The notes under the pieces are model-generated. The model was not told where the DNA came from. It saw nothing but the letters and a program-made list of their open reading frames with translations, and did no database searches. Shown in pieces: positions 12,183 to 23,870 of a stretch of DNA of 64,000 nucleotides. The first letter of the stretch is position 1. Each line of letters starts with the position of its first letter. The stretch is from Octopus sinensis. Lineage: Eukaryota. The DNA lies in assembly GCF_006345805.1 (NCBI RefSeq), contig NC_043010.1, forward strand, positions 16,120,001 through 16,184,000. The letters are read 5' to 3'. The position numbers and the translations under genes were made by a program.

Positions 12183-13200
12183 TTAGATGAGGAGGTGGGG
12201 AGAGTTGAGACCAAATGGCGTAAAAGAGCGAAGAGAGAAGATTAATTCCTGTTCACGGCGCAAACGGGAATCCGGATGGCCTCTGTGCAAGGACAAACCG
12301 AACACAGACAGGTGTTGCAAGGAGTGACCGGTGGAGCGGAAATGGCGTGAGACCGGTGTGTCGTTGGCAAGGTGGATGTCACGGAGGTGTTCCGCGAACC
12401 GGTCAGCCAAGCGGCGTCCCGTTTGTCCGATGTACAAGGAATGGCAGAGAGAGCAAGAGACGCAATAGATAATATTGCTGGAGGTGCAGGAGAAGGAGTT
12501 GATGATGCGATAGGGTCGATGATGGGTGCCAGTGAGGAGGGTAGTGTTGGAGAGGTAAGGGCAAGTGTGGCAACATGGGCGGGAGCAGGGGAACGAGCCA
12601 GGTTGGGAGGAAGGGTCAGGGAAGGAGCTATGGACCAAAAGGTCTCGTAGGTTATGGGCTCGTTTGAAAGAGGGGAGGGGTCGGTTAGGGAAGAGGTGTG
12701 AAGTGGACGGGTCGGACTGGAGATGACGGAAAGCTCAAAGAATGGTGCGTTGGAGAGGTAGGGTCGTGGGGTGGTAAGTGAGGGGAAAAGGGAGGTGGGA
12801 GACTACAGGGCGGGTTCGGGGAGAGAGAGCAGATACACGGTCCACGGAACGTGCTCTGGCAAGGGCGGTGTGGATAGTAGTGAGGGGGTATCCACGTAGG
12901 ATGAAGTGGTGAGCCATATGTTGAGACTGAGTCTCAAAGTCATGGTCGTCACTACAGAGCCTACGTAGACGGAGGAATTGGGAATAGGGGATGGAAAGCT
13001 TGGTGTGTTCTGGGTGGGAGGAAGAGAAGTTGAGGTATGAGTGTGAGTCTGTGTGTTTGTAGTGAATGGAGGTGGTAAGAGTGGAGTGAAGAATGCAAAC
13101 CGAAATGTCGAGGAAGGAGACAGAGGTGTTGGAGATAGTGGAAGTGAAGTGGAGGGCTGGATGGAAAGATTGAACGAGAGGAAGGAATCTAGATGTTCAC
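12183..13200 (-). pseudogene. PLE RT C-terminus plus GIY-YIG endonuclease
   Basis: SFLDI..., SHPEHTKLSIPYSQFLRLRRLCS, FILRGYP, one in-frame TGA (12735-37), PCSRPCCHTC, NIIYCVSCSLCHSLYIGQTGRRLADRFAEH, REQELIFSL...GLN. Confidence 0.9.
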
Positions 13201-13233
13201 GGGATATATATATATATATATATATATACATAC

Positions 13234-13285
<52 letters not shown>

Positions 13286-13824
13286 AATTAATAAATAAAA
13301 CATATGCATATATACATACATATATGTACGTACCTACCTCTACATGTATATATACGTGCATATATGGGTACAGGACACCAAAAAAACGTCGAACACAATG
13401 AGAAACGAAAACATAAACACAAAACCAAGGAACTGGACATTTTTCTTAAACAACGAAAAAATAGAGTACAGGACAAATAACACAAGGAAAATTCCCCTTC
13501 TTCAGTCGCCATGGTTTCATCTACTCTACATTTCGAAGGTAAAGGCGATACGCATCTTCAATAGAAACTTTCCTTCCCGCGAAAAGCAAATTAAATAAAA
13601 TTTGAGATCTTTTTGCGGAGGGGTAAAAATGGTAACAAAAACAGGACAGTAACGACAGTACAGAATATAAACAGTAAAAGACAGGACAAGGAGAATAACA
13701 AGACAAGAAGGGCTGTTAAGCCAAACGAGATAAAGTATTACGAATGCTATTTTTGAGAACGGCGAAGGAGCAACAGAAAATGCCGTCTACACTTCAAGGA
13801 AGCCAGGTCAGAAAGACTATACAT

Positions 13825-13869
<45 letters not shown>

Positions 13870-13914
13870 ACACTCACATACATACATACATACATACATA
13901 CATGTGCGTGTCTT

Positions 13915-14130
13915 TTATCTTCTTTACTTGATTCAGACATTAAACTGTGGCCATGCTGGGGCGCTGCCTTGAAGAATTTAGTTCAGCAAATTGACCCCAA
14001 AAGTTTATTTTGGAACTTATTCTATCAGTCCCTTTTGCTGAACCACTAAGTTACAGGGATGTAAACACACCAACACTGGTTGTCAAGTGATGGTGATGAG
14101 GGACAAACACAGACACAAAGACATACACAC
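13915..14130 (-). mobile_element. SINE family A 3' part, diverged
   Basis: GGCCATGCTGG...GAACCACTAAGTTACAGGGATGTAAACACACC. Confidence 0.65.
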
Positions 14131-14135
14131 ATGAG

Positions 14136-14580
14136 TCATCATCATCATCATTTGTCGTTTAACGTCTGCTTTCCATGCTGGCATGGGTTGGATGGTTTGA
14201 CTGAGGACTGGTAAGCCAGTAGGCTGCACCAGGCTTCAATCCAATCTGGCAAAGTTTCTACAGCTGGATGCCCTTCCTAATGCCAACCACTCCGAGAGTG
14301 CAGTGGGTGCCTTTTATGTGCCACCAGCATGAGAGCGAGTCAAGTGGTACTGGCATCAACCACAATTGAATGGTGCTTTTTACATACCACTGGCACGGGA
14401 GCCAGTCGGGCGATACTGGCAAAGACCACGCTCAGATGGTGCTTTTCATATGTCACAGACACAGACCAGTCAGGCAGCATTGACATCGACCATGCTCGAA
14501 TGGTGCTTTTCACATGACTCCAGCACAGGAGCCAGTCAGGCAGCACTGGCAATGATCGTGCTTGAATGGTGCTTTTTTAC
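14136..14580 (-). mobile_element. RTE 3' tail element with ~4 diverged internal units
   Basis: (CAT)n, CTTTCCATGCTGGCATGGGTTGG, repeated GAATGGTGCTTTTT units. Confidence 0.78.
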
Positions 14581-14603
14581 ATAAGTATATATATATATAC
14601 AAT

Positions 14604-14843
14604 TGCAGCATGGAAGGTGTTTATGAACACACAAAAACTGTTAGATTCACTTCAACATTTAAATTTAATTTGCTAAAATATTTTCATTGCTTTGAGACCG
14701 CGTTCTGTTCACAGAATTTTGTCAGTGAACAGGTTGCGGTCTGAAAGTGACAAAAATATTTTGGCAAATTAAATTTAAATGTTGAAGTGAATCCAACGGT
14801 TTTTGTGTGTTTTAAATGGCTTATAAACACCTTCCATGCTGCA
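14604..14843. repeat. fold-back palindrome (~110-bp arms, centre ~14713-14724)
   Basis: TGCAGCATGGAAGGTGTTTAT...CTGTTCAC versus GTGAACAG...ATAAACACCTTCCATGCTGCA. A single-arm copy is at 35823-35966. Confidence 0.88.
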
Positions 14844-14912
14844 TTTGTTTTTGTTCCAGCACACGATCTCAGATCAGGTCACACACATACACACATTTAT
14901 ATATATATATAT

Positions 14913-15166
14913 ATGAAAGAAGGTTTGAAAATGCAATTTTAAAAGATGTTTATTTACTTGACCAGTTTCACTTTTTTAGAAAACGATTGTCAAAAGTAAC
15001 ATGTAAAAGCTTTGTTGTGTTAGGTACTGGTTGTCACAAAATATTAACCAGTACCTAACACAACAAAGCTTTTACATGTTACTTTGGACAATCTTTTTCT
15101 AAAAAAAGTGAAACCGGTTAAGTAAATAAACATCTTTTAAAATTGCATTTTCAAACCTTCTTTCAT
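14913..15166. repeat. fold-back palindrome (arms 14913-15032 and 15046-15166), each arm with a decayed hammerhead-like motif
   Basis: Near-perfect 120-bp arms with a 13-nt loop. Arm motif TTACTT-T(T/G)GACAA...GAAAC(T/C)GGT(C/T)-AAGTAA-ATAAA. Confidence 0.88.
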
Positions 15167-15224
15167 GTATAATTCCACTCGTGCGGTACCTCACAACTCC
15201 ACTTTGTTATATATATATATACTG

Positions 15225-15450
15225 AGCATGGCTGATGCCTGTGCTGTCTGACTGGCTCCTGTGCCAGTTGCACATAAAAGCTCTCACTACACTCTCAGAG
15301 TGGTTGGCATTAGGAAGGGCATCCAGCTGTAGAAACCTTGCCAAATCAGATTGGAGCCTGGTGCAGCCTCCTGGCTTGCCAGTCCTCGGTCAAACTGTCC
15401 AACCCATGGCAGCATGGGAAGCAGACGTTAAACGATGATGATGATGATGA
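15225..15450 (+). mobile_element. RTE 3' tail element
   Basis: Conserved terminus and (GAT)n tail. Confidence 0.75.
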
Positions 15451-15603
15451 TATATAATGGGCTTCTTTCAGTTTCCGTCTACCAAATCCACTCACAAGGC
15501 TTTCATCGGCCTGAGGCTATAGTAGAAGACACTTGCCGAAGGTTCCACACAGTGGGACTGAAGCAACCCTCATACAACACAGACACGTCTGTGCTTATAT
15601 ATG

Positions 15604-15641
<38 letters not shown>

Positions 15642-15689
15642 TATATATGATATGATATATATATATATATATATATGATATGATATCTA

Positions 15690-16105
15690 TACTCTTTTAC
15701 TCATTTACTTGTTTCAGTCATTTGACTGCGGCCATGCTGGAGTGCCGCCTTTAGTCGAGCAAATCGACCCCAGGACTTATTCTTTGTAAGCCCATTTTGT
15801 ACTTATTCTACCGGTCTCATTTGCCGAACTGCTAAGTGACGGGGGAGTAAACACACCAGCATCGGTTGTCAAGCAATGCTAGGGGGACAAACACAGACAC
15901 ACAAACACACACACACATACATATATATATATACATATATACGATAGGCTTCTTTCAGTTTCCGTCTACCAAATCAACTCACAAGGCATTGGTTGGCCCG
16001 GGGCTATAGCAGAAGACACTTGCCCAAGATGCCACGCAGTGGGACTGAACCCGGAACCATGTGGTTGGTTAGCAAGCTACTTACCACACAGCCACTCCTG
16101 TGCCT
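15690..16105 (-). mobile_element. SINE family A, full length
   Basis: Same head and tail as 8475-8918. Confidence 0.88.
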
Positions 16106-16435
16106 ATATGATATAAATATAAATATATGATATATATATATATATATATCAGCATCATCATCATGCTCATCCTCATTTGACATCTGCCTTCCATGCTGTG
16201 AGTTTTGGACAGGTTTCAAAAAGACACAAATCACCTCATAAAACCTGCCTCTGTGCTTATTATAAGAATGGCTACAAGGGTTAATGACAGGAAAAGCATC
16301 TGGCTGGTAAATATTCTGTCGAATTCCTGCGTGGAGAAGCTTAAGGTAAAGGAGGGAGAGGCGTATCACACACACACACGCATGCAATGTAGACACACCC
16401 ACATCTATATTGCTCATGTGCTTATATACTGATGT

Positions 16436-16812
16436 GGAGGTGCAATGGCCCAGTGGTTAGGGCAGCGGACTCGCGGTCGTAGGATCGCGGTTTCGATTCC
16501 CAGACCGGGCGTTGTGAGTGTTTATTGAGCGAAAACACCTAAAGCTCCACGAGGCTCCGGCAGGGATGGTGGTGATCCCTGCTGTACTCTTTCACCACAA
16601 CTTTCTCTCACTCTTACTTCCTGTTTCTGTTGTACCTGTATTTCAAAGGGCCGGCCTTGTCACTCTCTGTGTCACGCTGAATATCCCCGAGAACTACGTT
16701 AAGGGTACACGTGTCTGTGGAGTGCTCAGCCACTTACACGTTAATTTCACGTGCAGGCAGTTCCGTTGATCGGATCAACCGGAACCCTCGTCGTTGTAAC
16801 CGACGGAGTGCT
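16436..16812 (+). mobile_element. SINE family C variant (tRNA head GGAGGTGCAATGGCCCAGTGGTTAGGGCAGCGGACTCGCG)
   Basis: A box TGGCCCAGTGG and B-box-like GGTTTCGATTCC. Shares GAGCGAAAACACCTAAAGCTCCAC and CACAACTTTCTCTCACTCT with 34467, 41310 and 41950. ATATACTGAT occurs on both flanks. Confidence 0.8.
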
Positions 16813-16906
16813 TCCGTCCATATACTGATATGGCTGACTCTGTGTGTGTGCAACTATATTTACATACACATCAAACATAAATATGGATGTATATAGATGT
16901 ATATAT

Positions 16907-17110
16907 GGAGGCCTGTGGTTCAGTGGTTAGGGTGTTAGACTCACAATCACCAGTTTGTGAGTTCTATTCCCAAACTGGGTGGCACATTAAGTCCTTGAGC
17001 AAGGCATTTCGTTTCATGTCACTCCAGTACATGCAGCTGAAAATGAGTACCAGTGCTCTCATGTGGGTTAAATCTCTGACTGACAGGCATCCTCTTTAGA
17101 AGAGTGTCTG
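16907..17110 (+). mobile_element. SINE family D, diverged
   Basis: GGAGGCCTGTGGTTCAGTGGTTAGGGTGTTAGACTC...CCTTGAGCAAGGCA. Confidence 0.6.
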
Positions 17111-17166
17111 ATCCTCTCAGCTGAAATGCTTTGGAAATTCAGATATGTTCAGCGACTGACTACATA

Positions 17167-17510
17167 GGCGCAGGAGTGGCTGTGTGGTAAGTAGCTTGCT
17201 AACCAACCGCATGGTTCCGGGTTCAGTCCCACTGTGTGGCATCTTGGGTAAGTGTCTTCTGCTATAGCCCCGGGCTGACCGATGCCTTGTGAGTGGATTT
17301 GGTAGACGGAAACTGAAAGAAGCCTGTCGTATATATGTATATATATGTTGGTGTGTTTACGTCCCCGTCACTTAGCGGTTCGGCAAAAAGAGACCGATAG
17401 GATAAGTACTGGGCTTACAAAGAATAAGTCCCGGGGTCGATTTGCTCGACTGAAAGGCGGTGCTCCAGCATGGCCACAGTCAAATGACTAAAACAAGTAA
17501 AAGAGTAAAA
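17167..17510 (+). mobile_element. SINE family A (internal deletion)
   Basis: GGCGCAGGAGTGGCTGTGTGG head; AAACAAGTAAAAGAGTAAAAGAG tail. Confidence 0.85.
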
Positions 17511-17546
17511 GAGAGAGAGAGAGAGAGAGTGCTCCGATATGTGGTC

Positions 17547-18005
17547 GTGTGTGTGTGTGTGAGTGTGTGTGTGGTGTGTGTGTGTATGTACATGTGCTTC
17601 CTTTCTGTATTTCGACTCCGCCTCAATGCCTTCATTTCTTTTAAAGGAATGGGGACGGTGGAGATTAAGAAAGCTGAGAACCAAATTTATCAGAAAACAT
17701 ACAATGGTTGCCTTGTGTTTATATACATTCTTTCATTGTGTGTCTAATGTATGTTAATGCTGATACGTGTGTGTGTGTGTGAGTGTGTGTGGTGTGTGTG
17801 TGTATGTACATGTGCTTCCTTTCTGTATTTCGACTCCGCCTCAATGTCTTCATTTCTTTTAAAGGAATGGGGACGGTGGAGATTAAGAAAGCTGAGAACC
17901 AAATTTATCAGAAAACATACAATGGTTGCCTTGTGTTTATATACATTCTTTCATTGTGTGTCTAATGTATGTTAATGCTGATACGTGTGTGTGTGTGAGT
18001 GTGTG
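17547..18005. repeat. tandem duplication, 218-bp unit x2
   Basis: TATGTACATGTGCTTCC at 17585 and 17803. The copies are nearly identical and bounded by (GT)n. Confidence 0.9.
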
Positions 18006-18089
18006 TAGGGTCTGGGTTATGTATGTGTTTGTGTGATGGATATAATGTGTGGGACTTGGACTCTGTATGTTGTATGCATGTGTAGTGAA

Positions 18090-18123
<34 letters not shown>

Positions 18124-18278
18124 CATGCACGTGTGTGTGTGTGTGCGCGAGCGTGTGTGTGTGCACTTGTCTCAGAACCTATCACTCTGTACGTTGTGTG
18201 CAGTTCGCAAATATGAACGTCCCATCGTCATTTTACAGGTTCGTTCTTTTCATGATTTTATGATGGATCACACACATA

Positions 18279-18672
18279 GGCGCAGGAGTGGCTGTGTGGT
18301 ATGTAGCTTGGTTCCAGGTTCAGTCCCATTGTGTGGCATTTTGGGCAAGTGTCTTCTGCTATAGCCCCGGGACGACCAAAGCCTTGTGAGTGGATTTGGT
18401 TGACGGAAACTGAAAGAAGCCTGTCATATATATGTATATATATATATATATGTATGTATGTGTGTGTATGTGTTTGTGTGTCTGTGTTTGTCCCCCTAAC
18501 ATTGGTTGACAACCGATGCTGGTGTGTTTACGTCCCCGTCACTTAGCGGTTCGGCAAAAAGAGACCGATAGAGTAAGTACTGGGCTTACAAAGAATAAGT
18601 CCCAGGGTCGATTTGCTCGACTAAAGGCGGTGCTCCAGGGTGGCTGCAGTCAAATGACTGAAACAAGTAAAA
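18279..18672 (+). mobile_element. SINE family A, full length
   Basis: Head and tail as in other family A copies. Confidence 0.85.
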
Positions 18673-19513
18673 GAAAGAAAGAGACAACCATTTTATATTG
18701 ACACACACACACATGCACACACAGATGCACACACACACACACACACACATGCGCACACCTACACATGCACACAGGCACACACCCACGCAGGCACACACAC
18801 ATACATGCACACACCCACACGCACACATGCACACATGAACACACCCACAGAAGCACACACCCACACATGCGCACACACACCCATACACCCACACACATGC
18901 GCATGTGTGTGTGTGTTAGAGGGAGCCCCATGGAATGAAGTGGTGAAGACTGATGTAAGGATGATGAGAGGACAAAACGACGAAAGACAAAAGAGGATTG
19001 AAAGATGCAGTGTTGGAGAAGACCTGCCCTGATTTCCAAATCTTGTGACACTGTCCCTGTCAAGCCTTCATCCAATGTCCCTAACTTGTTTCCGAATCAT
19101 TCCTTTTCCTATCACTGCAATGTCTTCTATTCACCCCTCGTAGACATACTATTTTGAGCTAAACACTGACTTCTCAACAGCATCATCTTTATCTCTCCAT
19201 TCCATCCACCATTCCATCTGCCCCACACCCACACAACCATATATAATGATGGGCAACCCTGAATCTCCCCTTATTCAACCCACCTCTACTGTCTTCCTTA
19301 TTACCCTCCTGCTCTCTCCCTCTCTCTCTCTCATTAACCTTTCACACTACACTTTCTCTTGCCCTTCTGTAACTCTCTTCCTTAACATTGTCTCTGATTT
19401 CTCTCTATAACATCTTCCACAACCACTCAGCTCTGAGAGCAATGCTTCTTATTTCAGAAACAACTATAAGCCAATGACTTACATAACTTCTGTGGGTTTG
19501 TCATTCATTATTG

Positions 19514-19552
<39 letters not shown>

Positions 19553-19562
19553 ATATATATAT

Positions 19563-19597
<35 letters not shown>

Positions 19598-19613
19598 CCA
19601 TCATGGCTGATCT

Positions 19614-19700
19614 TACCAATCAGTTTCACACTAGGGGTTCGACAGCGTTAGGTAACTAGGTAACAGTTTGATTATTATAACCCTGTGCTCTTCAGAGATA
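19614..19700 (-). ncRNA. hammerhead-like motif with long stem II, decayed stem I
   Basis: Reverse complement TATCT-CTGAAGA-GCACAGGG(TT)...(AA)CCCCTAGTGT-GAAA-CTGA-TT-GGTAA. It lies between (TA)n and (TG)n. Confidence 0.5.
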
Positions 19701-19729
19701 TGTGTGTGTGTGTGTGTGTGTGTGTCTGT

Positions 19730-19900
19730 ATTGGTGTTAGGAAAGGCATCCAGCCATAGAAAACCATGCCAAATTAAACTGGAGTCTGGTGTAACCTTCC
19801 AGCTTGCCAGCCCCAGTCAAACCATCCAACCCATACCAGCATGGACAACAGATGTTAAATGACGACAACAATGATGATGACGATGATGATGATGATGATG
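19730..19900 (+). mobile_element. RTE 3' tail fragment
   Basis: TTGGTGTTAGGAAAGGCATCCAGCC...GATGATGAT. Confidence 0.7.
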
Positions 19901-19916
19901 ATATATATATATATAA

Positions 19917-19971
<55 letters not shown>

Positions 19972-19991
19972 ATATGTATATATATATATAT

Positions 19992-20066
<75 letters not shown>

Positions 20067-22325
20067 TATATATGATGTTGATGATTAAAATTATATGTAT
20101 TAATTACTTAATAAATTAACAATGCACCGCATGGCTTATTGGAGATGTTTTGAAATGTAATGCCTGAGTAGAATTGGATTGATAAAATAATTCTGTTATT
20201 GGGGGTCCCTCATCTTGCCCCGGGGTGGGGGTGGGTCTAAGAAGATTAGAAACTCATCACATCATTGATTCTTGTCTTGCCCCCTTATTGGACCCGAGAC
20301 AGACAGGAACCTGGGGCCTACCCACCGGGTTTACTTTGCACTTTCAAACTTCCAGTGAAATTGTAGATTACATTTCAACACAGGGGTGTGTGTTTGAATG
20401 TGTGTTTATGTGTAAGTGTGTGAGTGTGTTAACATTTGTGTTTGCTTCAATGTAGTGGTTGTATATTTATATATACATATATGTATATGTATGTATATAT
20501 ATGTAGATGTGTGAGTGTGTGTGTGTGTGTATCTTTGTAATCAAATACAGCAATGTGGGCGATAGCCATGGTTGTTCCAGATTAAATTGGTTATTATAGC
20601 TGTTTTTGTGGTAGAGATGGCTGTTGTATTAGTGAAGTGGTTGGTGGCGGCAGTGGAGTCAGGCATCATGGTGGCAGTGGTGGTGGTGGTGGTGGTGGTA
20701 GTGTTGTATTTTGGGTGGAGTTGTTTTATAAACAACAAAAATAATATATACAAAATGGAGTGTAGAGGAGGACAATGGCCCATCAGAAAAGTGCCAAATC
20801 TCCTCAGAAAGGGAAATAGTATATTTTCCATATCTAAACCCCAGCTGATGATTATTTGGAAAGAATTTGAAGTATTTGTAAATGACAAAATTATGTTACC
20901 ATTCTTTTCAATGAGGTGCCAGGAGAAAAATATTGTGAGACGTTTAAGGGTGATTGGGTCATTCCTGATATAATTTCAAGCAGCTATACCACCGAGGAGT
21001 GGCCCTTGCTTTACTGACCCTCATAAAATTAAATAAAACCATAGAAGGTACGAGAAATAAGTGAAATGACATTGTTAAATTTAGAATAACATTTGAAATG
21101 TCAAAGATTCCTTTTGGCAAGAGTTTACTGTAGCTTTCTGTCACACCTACTTAATGTGTTAGACTGTAACATAGAACACAGGGGGAGGTATGTTGTCAGA
21201 AGAAAGAAATATGGAATATTTTGGCAAAATAATGTTATCATTGCAAGTTGTACAGAGAAGATGTCAGGTTTGCTTTCCACAGACATTTTGTTACTAAATC
21301 ATGTTTAGATTGTTTCTGAAACATTTTCTTGAATAATGATTTAAATTAATAAGTTATAGACTTAGTTGAAATTTATTTATATACACTAATCCGTGCATGC
21401 ATGTAAAGCAGGCATTAAATGATGATGATGATGACGACACTGTGCTGACATTATTAAAACATATCCTGTTAAACAGGATACCAGGGGGGAAAAAAAGAAA
21501 AACAGACAAAATCTGATTTAAATCTGTATTTGTCTATGTTGACAACACTGGCATGTAAGAGTTCTTTAAGCTTCAAAGAATGATAAAAATGATTTGTTAT
21601 AGGGATACAAGACAGAGATTTTAGGGAAGACTTAGTTCATAAAATCAACCCCAAGAGTTGACTGGTATCTTCTTGTATTGACCCCAGAAAGATGAAAGGC
21701 AAAGTTGACTTCGACAGAAGAATTTAAACTCAGAATGTCAAAAACTACAACAAATACTACAAGGCATCTTGTGTAAGGCACCAGTGATTCTGCTAATCCA
21801 CTGTCTTAAAGAAGAGAAATAAACCAAAGAGGAAGTGTAAGGTCCTATTTATGAAACTGTAACTTCCTTATATGGAAGTTAGAGGTTGGTACTTGAGTGG
21901 AAAAACTTTGCAAAGAGTATGGTGATAAAATAGAGCAGTTTCAGACAGACACAAACTTTAAGGAGAAATTTGGTAAAATTTCTTTGAAATAAAATGTTGA
22001 TGTAAATTGTAAATTCTTGTCCATTGATGCAAGGAAGTGTTTAAGAATTGTTAAAGCGACAAATATTGAAAAAGGAGCAGTGACAAAATGGTTTCTGTAG
22101 CAAAAGTTCTCAGGTAATAATGTCTGTAATGGAGAAATTCAAAGCAGTGATGTCTGACAAAGTAGATGAGTTTCAAGAATTTTGAAATTAAGAAATGTGT
22201 AGCTTTGAAGTTTTGTTATCTATCACAGGAAAAAGGAATTAACAAATTACCATATTAGTTTTAAACTTTTAATTGACTTTTTATTAACTTTTATTTACTA
22301 TAATCTTAAATACTTTTATAAAATA

Positions 22326-23578
22326 CAGGGTGCATTAGGTATCTGAGCACATACCTTTTTTGGGTCATTGCTGTATTTTTTCTAACTCTGTATAATCTTT
22401 CTTTCAGAAAATAATAATGGTAGACCCTCAGCTTACTCAAGAAATGAAGAGGCATGCTGTTATTGTGGTTATAAAGGCTGAGCATAGCAATTTAGAAATA
22501 TCTCGAATTTTTAAAGTTGCCAGATCTTTCATCTACAAAGTTTGTAAGGAGCTAGAGACTGAAGATGGAAACGTATCACCAGTATCAAAGCATAAAATGC
22601 ATTCTAAATGCTCTGAAATCATCAGATCACCCGAGTTTATCCAGCAAGTTCAACAGACTATTGATTACAATCCCAGAAAGTCCATGAGGTCAATTGCAAA
22701 AGATCTCCATGTGTCACAAGGAACAGTAAGAAATGTTGTCCATGAAGACATCAGATATAAGTCTTATTTGATGAGGAAAGGTCAATTTGTCAGAAAAAGC
22801 AAAAGAAAATCACTACATCAGATCTAAAAGGCTCTTAAACAAACTGAAAAATCCAGCAGAAGAAGATTTGATTTGGTTTTTCTCAAATGAGAAAAACTTT
22901 GGCCAAGATTAAAAGGTTAACAAAAGAAATGACAGATGGTTATGTGCAGACCCTTCTGAAGTTCCAAGTGTTATGCATACAAAATTTCCTGCAACTGTCA
23001 TGGTTTTAGAGGTTGTCAGCAATGAAGGACATGTGATGCCTCCTTACTTATTTCCACCAGGCCTTAGAGTTAACTCTGCTGCCTACGTTGAGGTCCTGGA
23101 AATAATTGTTAAGCCTTGGATAGACACTGCATGCAATAGAAGGCCCTATGTGTTTCAGTAAGACTCCACACATGGCTCTAGTAACACAGGAATGGATGGC
23201 TGAAAATTTTCATGATCACATAACCCCTAATATTTGGCCTCCTAATTCCCCAAATCTCAATCCATTGGACTATTATATGTGGAGCAATGTTGAGAGAGCG
23301 GTCAATGAACATGCCCATAACACCAAATATTCTTTGAAAGCTAGCATAGTCAGAGTAATGTCTAAAATGAACCAGGACCACTTGATACAAGCATGTAGAT
23401 GATTTAGATCTCATATAGAAGCAGTTGTTGAAGCTGAAGGTGGCTTTATTGAATAACATTATAGAAAAGAAGGTTTATCTTTATCCTCACAGCATTTTTG
23501 ATAAAGTTATTATCTGTTAATATATATCTGTTTTTTTTAATAAACATAAATCTGTCCTCAAATATCTTATGCATCCTG
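22326..23578 (+). mobile_element. Tc1/mariner element of maT/DD37D type, TA TSD
   Basis: TA-CAGGGTGCATTAGGTATCTGAG ... CTCAAATATCTTATGCATCCTG-TA, imperfect TIRs. Confidence 0.85.
22417..23456 (+). pseudogene. DD37D-like transposase, frameshifted
   Basis: ORF pieces: HTH (PRKSMRSIAKDL), FSNEKNF, KFPATVMV...SNEGHVMPP, RPYVFQ*DS, WPPNSPNLNPLDYYMW. Confidence 0.85.
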
Positions 23579-23604
23579 TATATTGTACTATAATGTTAAA
23601 TACT

Positions 23605-23870
23605 ACAATCATCATCATTGTTTTCGTCAGCTTCATCATCATCATAATCTAATATCCCTTTTCCATGCTAGCATAGGTTGAACAGTTTGACAGGAGCTGG
23701 CAAGTGAGAAACTGTGCCAAGTTCTGCAATCTGTTTTACTGTGGTTTCTGTGGTCGGAAGCCCTTCCTAATGCCAACCACTTTACAGAATGAGCCAGGTG
23801 CTTTTTACATGGCACCAAAACTAACGAGGTCACCTGATAACTTGCAGGACAAGACCTATCAGATGAGAGG
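23605..23870 (-). mobile_element. RTE 3' tail element, diverged
   Basis: TTCCATGCTAGCATAGGTTG...CCCTTCCTAATGCCAACCAC. Confidence 0.65.

Larger units (their letters stand above)
11476..13200 (-). mobile_element. Penelope-like element (Neptune-like), 5'-truncated, with 3' pLTR
   Basis: Minus-strand order is RT C-terminus, Cys linker, GIY-YIG endonuclease, pyrimidine-rich tail, then a pLTR with hammerhead motif. Both ends lie in (TA)n. Confidence 0.88.

Noticed and set aside
12735-12737. In-frame TGA in the PLE ORF as selenocysteine
   Set aside because: Not at an evident Cys motif, no SECIS identified, and CGA-to-TGA decay is simpler.
13480-13570. Hammerhead on the minus strand (CGAAATGTA ... 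CTGAAGAAGG)
   Set aside because: Core-like words are present but I could not build consistent stems. The 13330-13815 segment remains an unclassified TA-flanked repeat candidate.
16436-16510. tRNA genes at SINE heads
   Set aside because: A/B boxes are present, but there is no complete cloverleaf and each continues into a repeated SINE body.
20700-22240. Host exons in the A-rich non-repetitive stretch
   Set aside because: Only short ORFs with no recognisable domain or convincing splice pairs; probably old decayed TE sequence.
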